A stretch of 64,000 nucleotides of DNA from Trypanosoma brucei. Lineage: Eukaryota. The position numbers and the translations under genes were made by a program. Under the pieces are notes generated by a model. That model was not told the origin of the DNA and did no database searches. It saw nothing but the letters and a program-made list of their open reading frames with translations. Shown here piece by piece: positions 1-11,893 of this stretch (position 1 is its first letter; every line of letters begins with the position of its first letter). The stretch covers positions 736,001 through 800,000 of the forward strand of contig CP000071.1 in the NCBI GenBank assembly GCA_000002445.1, given 5' to 3'.

Positions 1-600
1 GGTGCAGAGGTTGTTACAGTAGAAGGGCCCTTCCACAAAAAACCACAGACAGCCACGCAGTTATTCTCCAAACTGGAAGCAAAAATAGGAAATGTATGGA
101 TTGATATCAGCTACGCATGAGAACTGCTCTCGTGCGAACTTCCTGACACTGTGTAAAGGTTTCACACACTGAATGAAAGGGAACTGGGTGTGAAAGAAAT
201 AATAGAAGTGTAATGAATATGTGCTAAATTTATGTTATGGTGTTTTAGCCCTCTTCCATAAGCGTGTTGGCATGCGGGAAAATTGAGTAAATATGTTTAC
301 ATAAGCATGGAGGTATATAAATTGGTTGAGGTGTATTGGCATCTTACCACATTACAGATACGAAATGAAGGGATGCGAAAAAAAAAAATAGACATTTAGA
401 ACAAAGAGAAAGAGAACGCAACGTTAACATTGTTGCGCGCCATCCAACAGTACGCGATGTGCCACGAATATAATGCATATTTGCGTATGAATCTTCCTGG
501 GTGCGCTTCTCCTCTTCCTCCTTGGTTGGATGATGGGTTGTTTGCTTTCATCCCTGTTGCGTGGCCGCCGGGCCCAACGCTCAGTCATACGTGACTTTAT

Positions 601-660
601 AGACCTTGCTCCTTCCTTTTTTTTATTTTTATCTTGTTCCTTCACAACAGCAACAGAAGG
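601..660 (+). promoter_or_regulatory. Polypyrimidine tract plus AG dinucleotides, a probable spliced-leader acceptor region for the downstream small ORF
   Basis: ccttccttttttttatttttatcttgttccttcacaacagcaacag sits directly upstream of the first ATG at 792. This layout is typical of kinetoplastid trans-splice signals. Confidence 0.4.
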
Positions 661-791
661 ATTTAGCATACCAGCGACACTCTAGCGGTGGTACACTCAT
701 ACAGGCACATATCAGTAGATCAAATCGCTACCAGTGCCAAAAGAAAAGGCATTTGCTTTCGCTTAAGCGCGCCAAACACATTCTGGAGGTC

Positions 792-1076
792 ATGCCCATG
801 CTTCAACCGTACTTTACGAAGAACCCGCAACGCATCACACGGCTGCAGGAGAATTATGATGAAGGTGTTCAGCGCGAGAAAGTACCCGCAGCAGTGCGTG
901 AGCAACTTGATATCCAATATCTAAACGTAACACCGGAGAAACTTCACTTCTTACACCAGAATGTCATGGGGTCATATAGCCCAGGGGAGAAGAACGAAAA
1001 GGTAAGGAGGTACAATGAACTCCATCCACCCGAGAAGGAGCATAGCCCAAAGTTCTGGGGGAAAATCTTTGCATAG
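792..1076 (+). CDS. Small hypothetical protein (~94 aa)
   Basis: The ORF track begins at a TTG at 606; the first in-frame ATG is at 792. Codons are GC-rich and a polyY/AG tract lies upstream. No domain was recognised. Confidence 0.35.
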   Translation: MPMLQPYFTKNPQRITRLQENYDEGVQREKVPAAVREQLDIQYLNVTPEKLHFLHQNVMGSYSPGEKNEKVRRYNELHPPEKEHSPKFWGKIFA

Positions 1077-1565
1077 TGAAATGAACTCAAGAGGATGAAA
1101 GAAAGTATCATAGCCGCGTCCCGTGGAAAGAAAATGGGGGTAAGGTATGAAAAGCAAATCAACGAAAAATTACCTTTTAAAAGAACAATAGGTGCGTAAA
1201 AGGAAGACCAGATTTCTGGTGGAATGGAATACATACATGTAAATGCTTAGATGAAAAGGGTATGTGAGAATGCCAATGTCAGAGCGTACGTTAATGCCTC
1301 TTTGTCTTATTTTCCCCCTCATGGTTGGTGTGCCTTCCAGTTGTTTTTATTTATGACCCTCTGTGTTAGCGTTATTTTTTGCAAGGTTCATATATATATG
1401 TATATCCATATAACCGTTTCTAGTGCCGTGTGGCTGGGAAACTTATACTTGACAAGTGTTCTTCACCATTTAACTGATGTTCCCCCCTTCTCTACTTGAT
1501 TTGTTTAGCATCTGTACGTCCTCGTCAGAGACTGACTCGTTTGTGAAGAAATACGGTTGCCCTCA

Positions 1566-2573
1566 ATGATGATTTCCCAAAGTCATTCGCCGTTCACGGA
1601 AGCGGGCGGTTTCGCTGCCGCAGTAACCCTTCTTTTTACGGCGATGGGAATGGTGATACTTTCCAGTCACCTGATGCCACTAACTGGCACACGAGTATTG
1701 GAACTGAGTAGTAAAATTCACTTGACGATGGCCGCTGGCACGTTTCTTCTGCTCCGCTTTGCTCTCATTGCTCCTTTTGGTAAGCATTCGGGGCTAAGTA
1801 CAGTGCGAATCCGAGTGCCTGCATTGTTGTCATGGTCCCTGCAGGAGTGCCCCACCCTTCTGAGCATCATTTACTACATCGTGGTGGAATATCCATGTTA
1901 TGTGCATCAGTGTAACCCTCTGCAGTGGTTACACATGATTCTAGATCGTCCCTCTATGGAGGTTACGACAACGGTTGCCTCGGCGGCTCCTACACTTCGC
2001 TTAGGCCTATTGTTTTTCGCTGTTCACTACTTCAACCGCAGCGTATTGTATCCACTGCGGGTTGCAAACCATGGGACATCCGTGCCGTTGCACATAACGC
2101 TGAGTGCTATGCTGTACTGTGCTCTAAATGGCCGGCTGCAGTTGCTGGCCAACATCGATAGCGTTGACGCGTCTCAAAGACTTGTTGTTGACTCCACATG
2201 GCAAACGATACTTACTATTCTCGGTGCTGTCATTTTCTTTGCTGGAATGCTTGTAAACGTTACAAGCGATTGTTATCTTATCCGACTAAAGAAGCGGCCT
2301 CCGCTAGGCGCATACAAAATCCCATACGGTGGTCTTTTCGTGTTTGTCAGCTGCGCCAACTTCTTCGGGGAGATTGTGGAGTGGTTTGGCTACGTCGCAG
2401 TTGTGTACGGAACAAATGGAACTGTTGCAGGACTCGCAGCCTTAAGTTTCGCCGCGTATGTCGTTGCTAATCTCCTCCCCCGTGCTTACGCTCATCATCA
2501 GTGGTACATTCAGCACTTTGGTGCTGAGTACACAGCGCTTCAACGCCGTGCGGTGATACCATTCGTGTACTGA
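1566..2573 (+). CDS. 3-oxo-5-alpha-steroid 4-dehydrogenase (steroid 5-alpha-reductase / polyprenol-reductase-like) family membrane protein
   Basis: It is a multi-TM protein. The C-terminus (GGLFVFVSCANFFGEIVEWFGYV ... HQWYIQHFGAEYTALQRRAVIPFVY) matches the conserved C-terminal domain of the 5-alpha-reductase family. The track start at 1557 is a TTG; the first ATG is at 1566. Confidence 0.7.
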   Translation: MMISQSHSPFTEAGGFAAAVTLLFTAMGMVILSSHLMPLTGTRVLELSSKIHLTMAAGTFLLLRFALIAPFGKHSGLSTVRIRVPALLSWSLQECPTLLSIIYYIVVEYPCYVHQCNPLQWLHMILDRPSMEVTTTVASAAPTLRLGLLFFAVHYFNRSVLYPLRVANHGTSVPLHITLSAMLYCALNGRLQLLANIDSVDASQRLVVDSTWQTILTILGAVIFFAGMLVNVTSDCYLIRLKKRPPLGAYKIPYGGLFVFVSCANFFGEIVEWFGYVAVVYGTNGTVAGLAALSFAAYVVANLLPRAYAHHQWYIQHFGAEYTALQRRAVIPFVY

Positions 2574-3774
2574 AATGTGGGCGCTGCAGTGTATTGCACT
2601 AGACACCCTAATACTGCATCTTTTCTGTCTTTTTTTTTTTATCATCATGTAATTTTTTTTATTGGTTTAATTCTGTTAGTGTGGTCAGCACAGTTCTTCC
2701 TTTCTCTCTCGTTCCCTCTTGCCATTCACTCACTTGAGCGTCGTGGCAAGGGAAATGAATTTACTATTGGTTTTTGTTTTATTTATTGTCTCTACGTCAG
2801 ACACGTGCATTCCCACACACACATACATACACTTGTTTTTCTTGGCATGTGGGAGAAAGGCAGCACACGCCGTGCATTCCTGAATCCAAAGCCTAATTAA
2901 GCATCGATGGGCGAATTGCTTCAACCTTTGGTTAATGTTGCAGCCTAACAAAATAACCGCCGCGACGCAAAAGCAATTTGACATCTAGTTTCTGTACGTT
3001 ACAGCGGAACGTTCTGCGAAACCGTAGCGTGATGCGGATACGAACAGCTGAACGAGATGATGGGAAGTAGAAGAAAGCGTGGATTTCGCGCTGCTGTGAT
3101 GCGATGTATGGGGAATTATTGCTTCCTGAAGCGCCCCAATCACAGTAATCTATTAGTTTGTTTGTTTTGTTTCATTTTGTTTTTATCTAACACTAGAAGC
3201 AGACTATTTACTTTTCTTTTATTACAATCCGTTGTTGTTCTGGTTTACGATATAATGCCTCGTAACGGGGGAAACAACTGACGATACCGTATCAACAGTC
3301 GTGCGGCAGCCCTCCATCATCTCCATGCCCGCTTCTTTGATGCTGCTATTGCTGTTTTTTTTTCTTATTGTTCTCTCCCTTTTACTAAGTATCACATGGT
3401 AGTTTATTCCGGCTCACACGCAAGTGGTACCCGCAGATGTTAATTCTTTAGCGTTGTAGCGTTTTTTCCACGTAAAGTGAATTCCTCTCCCGTGAGGGGG
3501 GGGGCGAGGGGACGATTGCAAGACGGATGAAACAGGAACCCTGTCAGGTGCCTTATGCTTTGTTTCATCTGCAATGTGAAAAGTCACTTCGACTATATTT
3601 TACTGTTTTCATAGTGATTATTTACGATTCACTTCATTGTGTTTTGTTACTGTTCTAACCATTGTATCCCACCGTCTCACTCCTTTTGTGGTGTAATACC
3701 CTCAGCAAGACTGAACAATAAGCTTTGCCAGCTGATAAGGGAAGGAGTTGCAGCGCCACCTGCACTGTACTTAT

Positions 3775-4707
3775 ATGCCAGTGTTTGAGAACAAGCATCT
3801 CCTCCGCGTCTTGCAACCCCCACAGCAACTGGCGCAGAACTTTGTAGCGTACTGCAAGGCACATCAGGTGCTTACTCGTGGTTTATGTCGTGTCGGCAAA
3901 ACAAAGCGCGGTGAACTGAGGGGCCTCATTGCCAACAAGGATATAAAGAAGGATGACAACATTGTGATGCTCTCAGAGCGGGCTTGTCTGCACCCGGGGA
4001 GGGCACTAAAGTGTGAAAGGTTTCTCGCCATCTTTCCGCAGAATGTTAAGGAGATGCTTTTACAGAATCCGTTATTTGTTCAGAACAGTCGTGTGGCCGA
4101 ACGCTCGATTATTCGGCATAATCAGTTTTTACTAGCGTGCTACATGACGTACTTGATTCTTCGCAACGATGAGAATGCAGAGGGCCAAGCGCTCAAGTAC
4201 ATCAACTTCATGCCTCGCAACGAGGGTAACTTTGAGCAGCTCATTAGCAACATGAACGGGGTACTTGACGGAGCTGCGGCGTGCCAGTCAGCGCAAGCGG
4301 CTCTTTCTTTGCAGTTTGGTATCACGCAGGCTGAGGTGCGACCGCTCCTACAGTGGTCCATGGCCATGATCTTTAGCCGTATGGCACCCATTGATCACCG
4401 TTGGACATTGCAGTGTGCATTTAAAAATACGCCTTTCGCGCCGGCTTTTGATATTCGGGGGCCAGATGACGATGCAAATATGGTTAAGGAACCCATCGCC
4501 TTTTTGTGTCCCGTCATCGACATGTGCAACCACAGCGATCACGAAAATGTCGCTCTTATGGTGCCCCAGCGCACTGACTCATCGCATGAATCGGTAATTT
4601 GCTTGCGCTCGCTTCGGGATATTGACCGCGGGGAGGAGCTCACTATGACGTACGGTGGATCGCCAACGGAGCTACGTGTTATATGGGGAATGCAACGCGT
4701 TTTGTGA
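3775..4707 (+). CDS. SET-domain protein (lysine methyltransferase-like, SETD6/Rkm-type)
   Basis: The C-terminal region carries FLCPVIDMCNHSDHENVAL (the NHS motif) and EELTMTYG, which are typical SET-domain signatures. The track start at 3748 is a TTG; the first ATG is at 3775. Confidence 0.65.
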   Translation: MPVFENKHLLRVLQPPQQLAQNFVAYCKAHQVLTRGLCRVGKTKRGELRGLIANKDIKKDDNIVMLSERACLHPGRALKCERFLAIFPQNVKEMLLQNPLFVQNSRVAERSIIRHNQFLLACYMTYLILRNDENAEGQALKYINFMPRNEGNFEQLISNMNGVLDGAAACQSAQAALSLQFGITQAEVRPLLQWSMAMIFSRMAPIDHRWTLQCAFKNTPFAPAFDIRGPDDDANMVKEPIAFLCPVIDMCNHSDHENVALMVPQRTDSSHESVICLRSLRDIDRGEELTMTYGGSPTELRVIWGMQRVL

Positions 4708-5127
4708 GTCGCGTAAGGACAAGGCGGTGTTGAGGGGGAAAGAGCGAGGTGTTAGTGGGGTCGGGCTGAGTTATTCCATTTATCGTAAGCACTCCTTAAC
4801 CACGAGGGGACAACCCCGTTTGCCATGACTATGGCGTTTGGTTGTTTACATTTGTTCCTGAGGGAGGTTATTAAGCATTGCTGTTTCTCGTGTTTCTGTG
4901 CCACCCTCCCTCCCGAGCACGCGAGCGCGTTCATTTTCAACGGCACCCCCACCCCTCCTTCTGTCACACACAATGTATGTTTCGATCACGTGTGTATCAC
5001 TAGCCACTGAAGGGTATTCAGCGCAGTTGGAGGCAGCGGCTCGCCAGATCTGTCCACAGCTGCTCAGGCGCTGGTGGTTACATGCGTCAAGGTGAAGGGC
5101 AAAGCGACCGCTTGCGACCGCTCGTAG

Positions 5128-5895
5128 ATGCACTTTCCCAGTATCGTGTTTAGACGGCACGGAGGTCGCCAGTGGATGCAGCAGCAGAGCCGTGACCCGT
5201 TCGTCTTGGAGGCGCGTCGGCGCGGATACGTTGCGCGCAGCGCCTTTAAACTATTGGAAATGGACGATAAGTTCACACTCTTTTCCAGAGGCAACACACG
5301 TGTTGTGGTGGACATTGGTTGCAGTCCTGGAAGTTGGCTGCAGGTCATACGCGAGCGGTGCGGGGACAAGTGTGCCGTTTTTGGTGTTGATGTGTTGCGT
5401 GTGGCCTCCACAGTCACTGGAGCAGTGTGCATCCAAGGTGACTTTACAAACCCAGCGGTACGCGAGGAGCTTCTCGCCCGCATGGTGACCGTTCGTGCGG
5501 CGGGGGTGGTGGACGTCGTAACATCGGACATGTGCCTTAACCGAGGTACAGGCAGTACGTCCGACAGGCAGAAGCAAGAGGAACTTAACCGGTCGGCACT
5601 AGCCTTTGCCTTGGAGCAGTTGGTACCAGGCGGGAATTTTGTGTGTAAGGTGCTTGGGTCTCCCACAGCCTACGAGGAGCTGCGAAGGGATACGTGTCGG
5701 TGGTTTGTGCGGACGGATATCTGCAAACCTTCTTCGAGTCGACTCACAAGTGACGAAGCATTCATGGTATGCCGGGGGAAACGTGAGATACCTCGTGATC
5801 GAAGTGGCGGATGTGATGGGACCTACGGCGGCCGATTTGGGTTGGACGATTGGCCAGGCCAACTGCGGGGCTCACCACGGCGACGCAAGCCGTAG
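5128..5895 (+). CDS. FtsJ/RrmJ-like rRNA 2'-O-ribose methyltransferase
   Basis: RSAFKLLEMDDKF is followed by VVDIGCSPGSWLQV, a SAM-binding motif like DLGAAPGGW. Later come VVTSDM and FVCKVL, which fit the K-D-K-E catalytic residues. The start is an ATG at 5128; an alternative is M17 at 5176. Confidence 0.7.
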   Translation: MHFPSIVFRRHGGRQWMQQQSRDPFVLEARRRGYVARSAFKLLEMDDKFTLFSRGNTRVVVDIGCSPGSWLQVIRERCGDKCAVFGVDVLRVASTVTGAVCIQGDFTNPAVREELLARMVTVRAAGVVDVVTSDMCLNRGTGSTSDRQKQEELNRSALAFALEQLVPGGNFVCKVLGSPTAYEELRRDTCRWFVRTDICKPSSSRLTSDEAFMVCRGKREIPRDRSGGCDGTYGGRFGLDDWPGQLRGSPRRRKP

Positions 5896-6146
5896 AGCCG
5901 GTTAGCTGTGGCGAAGCAAGGGAACAAGGTGGGTCCTAATAGTGTTTCTACCGACAGGACGTGAAGCTCTGGTGCCTGCCGTTGCAGCAGGCGAGAACTC
6001 CATCCCACGCCACCCCTACATATGCGCATGCACCTTTCCCTTCACCACCGTTGACATTTTTGTTTTCCGGTGGGTGTAAAAGATACTCCGAACAGGCAAC
6101 CAACTCTTTCTGCGCTGGACCCGCACGCATGTGACTTGACTTCTCC

Positions 6147-6920
6147 ATGTTACCTGGTAAACTCTTTAAAAGTACAGTTAAGGAAACTGATATGAGCATT
6201 TCATGTTCCCTGGCCGTTTTCCTGGTAGTCTACGCGTTGGGCTGCTGGGCTGACGGCACTCAGACGCGGGACAGGCCTTTCATGTATGCTGACAGCGTGC
6301 CTGCGCTTGCCCCGGGAGAAGTCCGAAGGAACGAAGCAATGCGCTTTCCATCGACGCTGGAAACGGAAGTGCGCCAGCGCTATGTGTTGACGAACATGCA
6401 AAGGGACGTGTACTATATTGCTCATCTTAGCTATCTCGGTTCCCCATCTATCATGTACAATCTCCATCTAACGCGTTTGCCACGTGCCACGGTCGGGGAA
6501 CTCCAACAGAAGAACCAAGCTGGCCCTGGTCAGCGGCATCTGTCCGATGTGAATCGAATGTACGTGAAGGCGCGCAAAGATGTCTTGCTCTTTGATTTCT
6601 TGGGAGGTGAAGGAGAGGTTGACAACGGTGATCACGACCCAGCAAATGATGATAGCTTTGTACCAGTTCTCGAGGTGCGCGGATATCGCAACGGCTTTCC
6701 GCACGAACCGGAGAAGTGGAAGGATTTCCGATACAACATCCGATTGGATGTCGTTGGAAGGGCCGATGGCCTCACAATGGCTATCATGTGGAATGTTGTC
6801 ACCGTGATTGTGATGGGAGTGTTTGTGATTGGCTTTGCCGCCCCGTGGGTCATCAGTACCGCTGCCGGGGATACAACCAATCAGCGGTCTCGGCGCGACT
6901 TCCTCATATTTTTTTGGTAG
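6147..6920 (+). CDS. Hypothetical membrane or secreted protein with a signal peptide and a C-terminal TM segment
   Basis: A hydrophobic N-terminus (MSISCSLAVFLVVYALGCWADG) follows the alternative start at 6192. A C-terminal TM segment (VTVIVMGVFVIGFAAPWVI) is followed by basic residues. No known domain was recognised. Confidence 0.45.
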   Translation: MLPGKLFKSTVKETDMSISCSLAVFLVVYALGCWADGTQTRDRPFMYADSVPALAPGEVRRNEAMRFPSTLETEVRQRYVLTNMQRDVYYIAHLSYLGSPSIMYNLHLTRLPRATVGELQQKNQAGPGQRHLSDVNRMYVKARKDVLLFDFLGGEGEVDNGDHDPANDDSFVPVLEVRGYRNGFPHEPEKWKDFRYNIRLDVVGRADGLTMAIMWNVVTVIVMGVFVIGFAAPWVISTAAGDTTNQRSRRDFLIFFW

Positions 6921-7394
6921 TTGTTGATTCAATCTCCAGTCAGAATAGGAAGCTGGGCAATTCACCACTCGGAAAAAAAGTACGACGAACATGAAGAGTC
7001 GGTGGCCAAAAAAAAAAAAGTAGTTGGGGTGCGGTGTATTGGTGGCTGAAACATGTATTTCAAAATATACTTAAACTTCACCCGCAGTTTATGGCCAAAC
7101 TACCACCACCGCCACCAAGCGCACATTTTCCCCGTCTTTGTCTCAAATTTGCTGATTTTTTTTCAGTTTCGACAAGGAGGCAAATAAGCGTAATAGGACC
7201 GCTGCGGCACACAGAAGGCACCATAAACGTGGCGTACAGGATCATAGTAACGCAAAGGCACGCTCGCTTTAAAGTAGTGCTATAGCCCTAAGAACAGAGA
7301 GCTTTCGTGATAAGGGGGGGGGAGAGAATCGGGTAACGTAACAAGACGTAATTTTTTGTATTTCGTCCAAATCGCGGGTGGTGATAAATTCAAC

Positions 7395-9416
7395 ATGCGT
7401 GACACAGGTCGCTGCAGCGGCCATAATGATGACGTAGTAGACCCCGTAACAAGCAACGGTGCTATGTCGCATGTCGGCCCTGATCTTGCACACCGTCAGG
7501 CACTTTACGAGGAGTCGGTTCGTGACCCCGTGGCCTTCTGGGAACAGGCCGCCGCTGACTTCCATTGGGAAAGAACTTGGCCCAAGGACAAATCGCCCCT
7601 GGAGTACAATTTCCACAAAAGCAATGGCAGCATTTTCGTCAAATGGTTCGACGGGGCAGAGTCGAACATGTGCTACAACGCTCTCGACCGGCATCTACCG
7701 AAACATAAGGACCGCGTGTGCTACCACTGGGAAGGTAATGATGAGGGAGAGAGTCGCGATGTGACGTACGGTGAGATGTTCGAGGAAGTCGTGCGTATCG
7801 CCGCAGTGCTGAAGCACCGCTACAATGTCAAGAAGGGCGACGTGGTCACCATATATCTACCGATGATACCCTTCGCCGCGCAGGTGATGCTCGCAGTGGC
7901 ACGCCTCGGCGCCGTCACCTCAGTCGTGTTCGCTGGCTTTTCGTCGCAGGCTGTTGCGAGCCGCCTGACAGACGCGAGGAGTAAACTCATCATCACTGCG
8001 GACAGCTTCTGGCGTGGCACCAAAACACTCCTACTGAAAGAGCTCAGTGACGCCGCGCTCGCCATTTGTGAGGCAGAGGGCCACAACGTCCAGTGCCTCG
8101 TGTACGATCGGTCCAAACGGGAAAATGTTCCCATGACAGAGGGCCGCGATGCGTGGTACAGCGACGTTGTAGAGACCCTCACGGCAAGTGAGCTCGCGGA
8201 TTGCCCCATTGTATGGATTGGGGCGGAGGATCCGCTTTTCCTCTTGTACACCTCTGGCAGCACTGGTAAACCCAAGGCAATCTTGCATACGCTGGGAGGT
8301 TACATGGTGTACGCCGGAGTCACCTTTAAGTACAGCTTTGACTACCACGAAAGTGATGTGTCGTTTTGTACAGCAGATATCGGGTGGATCACTGGCCACT
8401 CGTACGCACTGTATGGTCCGATGCTGAATGCCGCCACATCGGTACTGTTTGAGGGCATGCCAACGCACCCAACTCCGTCCCGCTGGTGGGATTTGGTAGA
8501 CAAGTACCGCGTTACGATCTTCTACACGGCTCCAACGGCTATACGGGCACTCATGCAGTGCGGTGATGAACATCTGCAGTCCACAACGCGGGGGACGCTG
8601 CGCATTCTTGGTAGCGTAGGGGAACCCATCAACGCAGAGGCGTGGCAGTGGTTTTATGAGGTGGTTGGTAAGCGCAGGGCGGACGTAATTGACACGTGGT
8701 GGCAAACGGAGACGGGTGGCCACCTCATTACCCCACTTCCTGGATGCACACCAATGAAGGCCGGAAGCGCCACCCTTCCTTTCTTTGGAATTGTTCCGGC
8801 GTTGCTTCATCCGACGACGAATGCAGTTGTTGAGGGTGAAGGTGAGGGACTTCTTGCTATGCAGACCCCCTGGCCAGGTATCGCACGCACCATCTTTGGT
8901 GACCACAACCGCTACGAGCAGGCATATTTTGCTGTGGATGGCTTTTATCTGACGGGTGATGGGGCTCGTCGGGACAAGGATGGTTACTACTGGATTACGG
9001 GCCGCGTGGATGACGTACTAAACGTCAGTGGTCATCGTATAGGAACGAGCGAGGTGGAGGAAGCGGTGAACAGCCATCCCGATGTCGCAGAAAGCGCTGC
9101 TGTTGGCATCCCACATGACGTGAAGGGTGAGTGCATCTACGTGTTTGTTACGTTCAACAACAATGTGACTGTGGACGCTACGTTGCTGAAAAGGGTGAGA
9201 GAAACAGTTCGCCGAGTCATTGGTCCATTCGCTGCCCCTGATTACGTCCAGGCAGCGCAGTGTGGGTTACCCAAGACACGCTCGGGAAAGATTATGCGTC
9301 GCATCCTTCGTAAGATTGCGTCTGGGTTGCATGAAGAGTTGGGTGACACCTCAACGCTCTTGGATCCGAGTGTTGTGCAAAACCTCATAGAAGGGAGGAA
9401 GCAAACAGTGGGGTGA
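7395..9416 (+). CDS. ACS: Acetyl-CoA synthetase (AMP-forming acetate-CoA ligase)
   Basis: The motifs YTSGSTGKPKA, TWWQTETGG and GDGARRDKDGYYWITGRVDDV mark the adenylate-forming-enzyme family, and the length of ~670 aa is typical. The track start at 7356 is a TTG. The first ATG is at 7395; an internal Met at 7464 is also possible. Confidence 0.9.
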   Translation: MRDTGRCSGHNDDVVDPVTSNGAMSHVGPDLAHRQALYEESVRDPVAFWEQAAADFHWERTWPKDKSPLEYNFHKSNGSIFVKWFDGAESNMCYNALDRHLPKHKDRVCYHWEGNDEGESRDVTYGEMFEEVVRIAAVLKHRYNVKKGDVVTIYLPMIPFAAQVMLAVARLGAVTSVVFAGFSSQAVASRLTDARSKLIITADSFWRGTKTLLLKELSDAALAICEAEGHNVQCLVYDRSKRENVPMTEGRDAWYSDVVETLTASELADCPIVWIGAEDPLFLLYTSGSTGKPKAILHTLGGYMVYAGVTFKYSFDYHESDVSFCTADIGWITGHSYALYGPMLNAATSVLFEGMPTHPTPSRWWDLVDKYRVTIFYTAPTAIRALMQCGDEHLQSTTRGTLRILGSVGEPINAEAWQWFYEVVGKRRADVIDTWWQTETGGHLITPLPGCTPMKAGSATLPFFGIVPALLHPTTNAVVEGEGEGLLAMQTPWPGIARTIFGDHNRYEQAYFAVDGFYLTGDGARRDKDGYYWITGRVDDVLNVSGHRIGTSEVEEAVNSHPDVAESAAVGIPHDVKGECIYVFVTFNNNVTVDATLLKRVRETVRRVIGPFAAPDYVQAAQCGLPKTRSGKIMRRILRKIASGLHEELGDTSTLLDPSVVQNLIEGRKQTVG

Positions 9417-10701
9417 TGAGCACTCCATGGCGAGTGGAAAGTAATGGAAAGGCATGAGAACTCCCGAAGCCTAGGCCGAGTAGGCTGAAGGTACCTCATG
9501 CAAATTAATATAGGCGTGGGTACCAACGAAAGACGGAGAAAAGACGTCCAAGGAACAAAGGAAAACGGGGATGGGGATGGGGCCACGAACGGTAACACTG
9601 CGGCAGAATGGGTGCTCTTTTACATCGCTCGTTTGCTTCGTTTCCGACCTTGTTTTTGTTGGTGCTAGCTGTAGTTGTCTAATCAAAAAGTTAAAGAAAA
9701 AAAAGAAAGGAAACTAAGTGCGGAACTTCGCACCTGCGGTAGGGCAGATGTCGGTCGTTTTAGGCTCCGGTGCATCTCTCTTTCTTCCGTCTCCCGTCTG
9801 TTTGACCCCATACAGTCCGTTTCCGTGTGAAAGGTCCCTACACGAATACCGTGGCATTGAGGAAAGAAATAAATGTGGAAGGTATTGAAACAGGGAGGCA
9901 AACGCCTGACCAGCCATTATGTGACACGATCATTGTTTTGGTGGAGGGGGAGGCGAAGGGGTAGGCGAAATGAGAGAGGTGTCACTCGTTATTGTTTTGT
10001 TTTTGTTTTTGTTTTTGTGTTTTGTGTTTTGTCTCCTCTTCTATTGTAAAGCAACTAACGTTCATCTCGGTAAAAAAAAAAGCGGGAAGTGGAGGTCGCA
10101 AAAGAGGCGCGGAAAAGGAATTGGGGAAAAACAAGCAGGCGAAGAGAGGATGATGACTACCGCGGAGACAAACACGTATACGAACTCACACGGTCAACTT
10201 TTATGTATTTATACGTGCAGGGTAGCTGATGGCACGATTTATTGGTGGCGGGAGGTAAACGACGGGAAAGAAAAGAAAAAAAAGGTGGAGAGGGAGAGGG
10301 AGAAGGAAAACGATGTATTAGTGGGCCCAAGCAAAACGGAAGACGAACCGATACAAAGGAAAGGTGAGAAGGGGGAGGGACCGTACACGTAATTGGTCTT
10401 TATTTATAACTTTGTTATCTTGCTTTTCCCACTTCATACTTGTTTTCTGCCCCAAGTTCACACTATTCGTAAGCGGCTGTAAGAAAAGGGGGCGGAAAAG
10501 GCTTAAGGTTTTTTCTTAGTGGTTATCCAAAGACAGTCGTCCGAGGTCGTTCCACCTGCCTACACATGCGGTGGTGCGAGTGTAGATTTAGGTGTGTATC
10601 CTTCTATTACTTTGTCTGAATTTCATTTACATGTTGTTTCGTGTTTCCTAAAAGGGCTGTTCCCCTCTGTTTTCCAGTAAAAACGTATCCACAAACGAAC
10701 G

Positions 10702-10742
<41 letters not shown>
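10702..10742. repeat. Compound microsatellite (TA)n(TG)n
   Basis: The tandem run is gtatatatatatatatatatatatgtgtgtgtgtgtgtgt. Confidence 0.9.
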
Positions 10743-11711
10743 ATTTGCGAATGTATTTTGTCCGCCATTGAGAATGGAAAGGTATTAAGGATTTACGGCG
10801 TCTCGTCGTTCGGCGATATCATTTCATTATGTCCCTCACTCGCTTTGTCTTTCTTGTTCCTAAAGCGCGTAATTCTTCGTTTCTTTTTTTTCTTTTTTCT
10901 TTCCTACTCCTTTTGTTATTATTGTTGTTGTTGTTTTTTTTTTCATTGGTTTATTGGTTGGTTTGTTTCTTTCGCTCTTATTGTTCAACCGACACGTGCA
11001 CGTCGTGTGGGAATGGAGAGAAAAGCATACGTGCCTTGCCGCTTCGGGCGCAGAACCTCGTGACTCAACCGTATAATTTGTAGACTGAAGCAAACGAGAA
11101 GACCCCCAAAAGAAAAAAACGAAAGTGGAGAAGAGTTTATTTTGGGGTGTAGTTCCGGGGAGCGGCGGCTAAGACAATGATGCAGGGAAGCGAAAAGGAA
11201 GAAAAGATGTGTGCACGTTGTCATGCTTGCAATTTTTTTTGCCATTATCTCTCTTTTTTGTTTTTGTTTTTCGTTTCACGTGTCGGTTATGCTTAATTTT
11301 GAGGTTGAGCTAAGCCCTCGTGTGACAGAAGTACTTACACTAAATCCATTCAAAAGAAACAACAGGGAGGGAAGGGGGGGAACTGAATTCGCTTGTGCCC
11401 CTGCAGTTGTCATTGATTCTTTTTTCTTTTCCTCTGTTCATCCCCTTTTCTCCATGTGTGAAAAGCCATCCACTTCTTTAAGCAAAAACTATTGTTTTTG
11501 AAGAGCAAACACATGCAAGGAAGAAAGCGCTGGCCTCTTTTTGTGATGTTATGTGGTATACTGACTCGTTGAAGCGAACGCTAAAACCACTAATCGGACA
11601 GAAGAGGGGTCATGCAAACACGGCTATTTGCACTTACAATCATATACTCGTAGCCACGTGAAGGAGGATCGTTGCATTTACTTACAGAATACCCTTACAG
11701 AGCGATTGGTC

Positions 11712-11759
11712 ATATATATATATATATATATATATATTTATTTATTTATTTATTTATTT
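11712..11759. repeat. Compound microsatellite (TA)n(TTTA)n
   Basis: The sequence catatatatatatatatatatatatat is followed by ttatttatttatttatttattt. Confidence 0.9.
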
Positions 11760-11770
11760 GTACGAGTGAA

Positions 11771-11893
11771 ATGCCCCAGCAGGGTTTGCACACCGTCTCC
11801 CGCATGTACGCCAACTTCACGATGGTTGAAGAATCACCGCTGCATGCTCAGCTCAATATCATCCCCAGCTGTTGTGGGCTGAGGATGCGCTGA
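11771..11893 (+). CDS. Possible 40-aa small ORF (MPQQGLHTVSRMYANFTMVEESPLHAQLNIIPSCCGLRMR)
   Basis: It has GC-rich coding-like codon usage and sits immediately after a (TA)n microsatellite in an otherwise ORF-poor 3-kb interval. No homology was recognised, so it could be chance. Confidence 0.15.
   Translation: MPQQGLHTVSRMYANFTMVEESPLHAQLNIIPSCCGLRMR

Noticed and set aside
8031-8906. A 291-aa minus-strand ORF inside the ACS gene. Similar antisense ORFs lie within the Utp7, kinesin and kelch genes.
   Set aside because: These are antisense shadow ORFs, which are common in GC-rich coding DNA. The sense-strand ORFs carry the family motifs.
9970-11083. ORF-track entries 9970..10392, 10641..11063 and 10829..11083 inside the spacer.
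   Set aside because: They are translations of microsatellite and homopolymer DNA, giving F/L/K/E-rich low-complexity products. They have no ATG context or domains, and several start at TTG or GTG.
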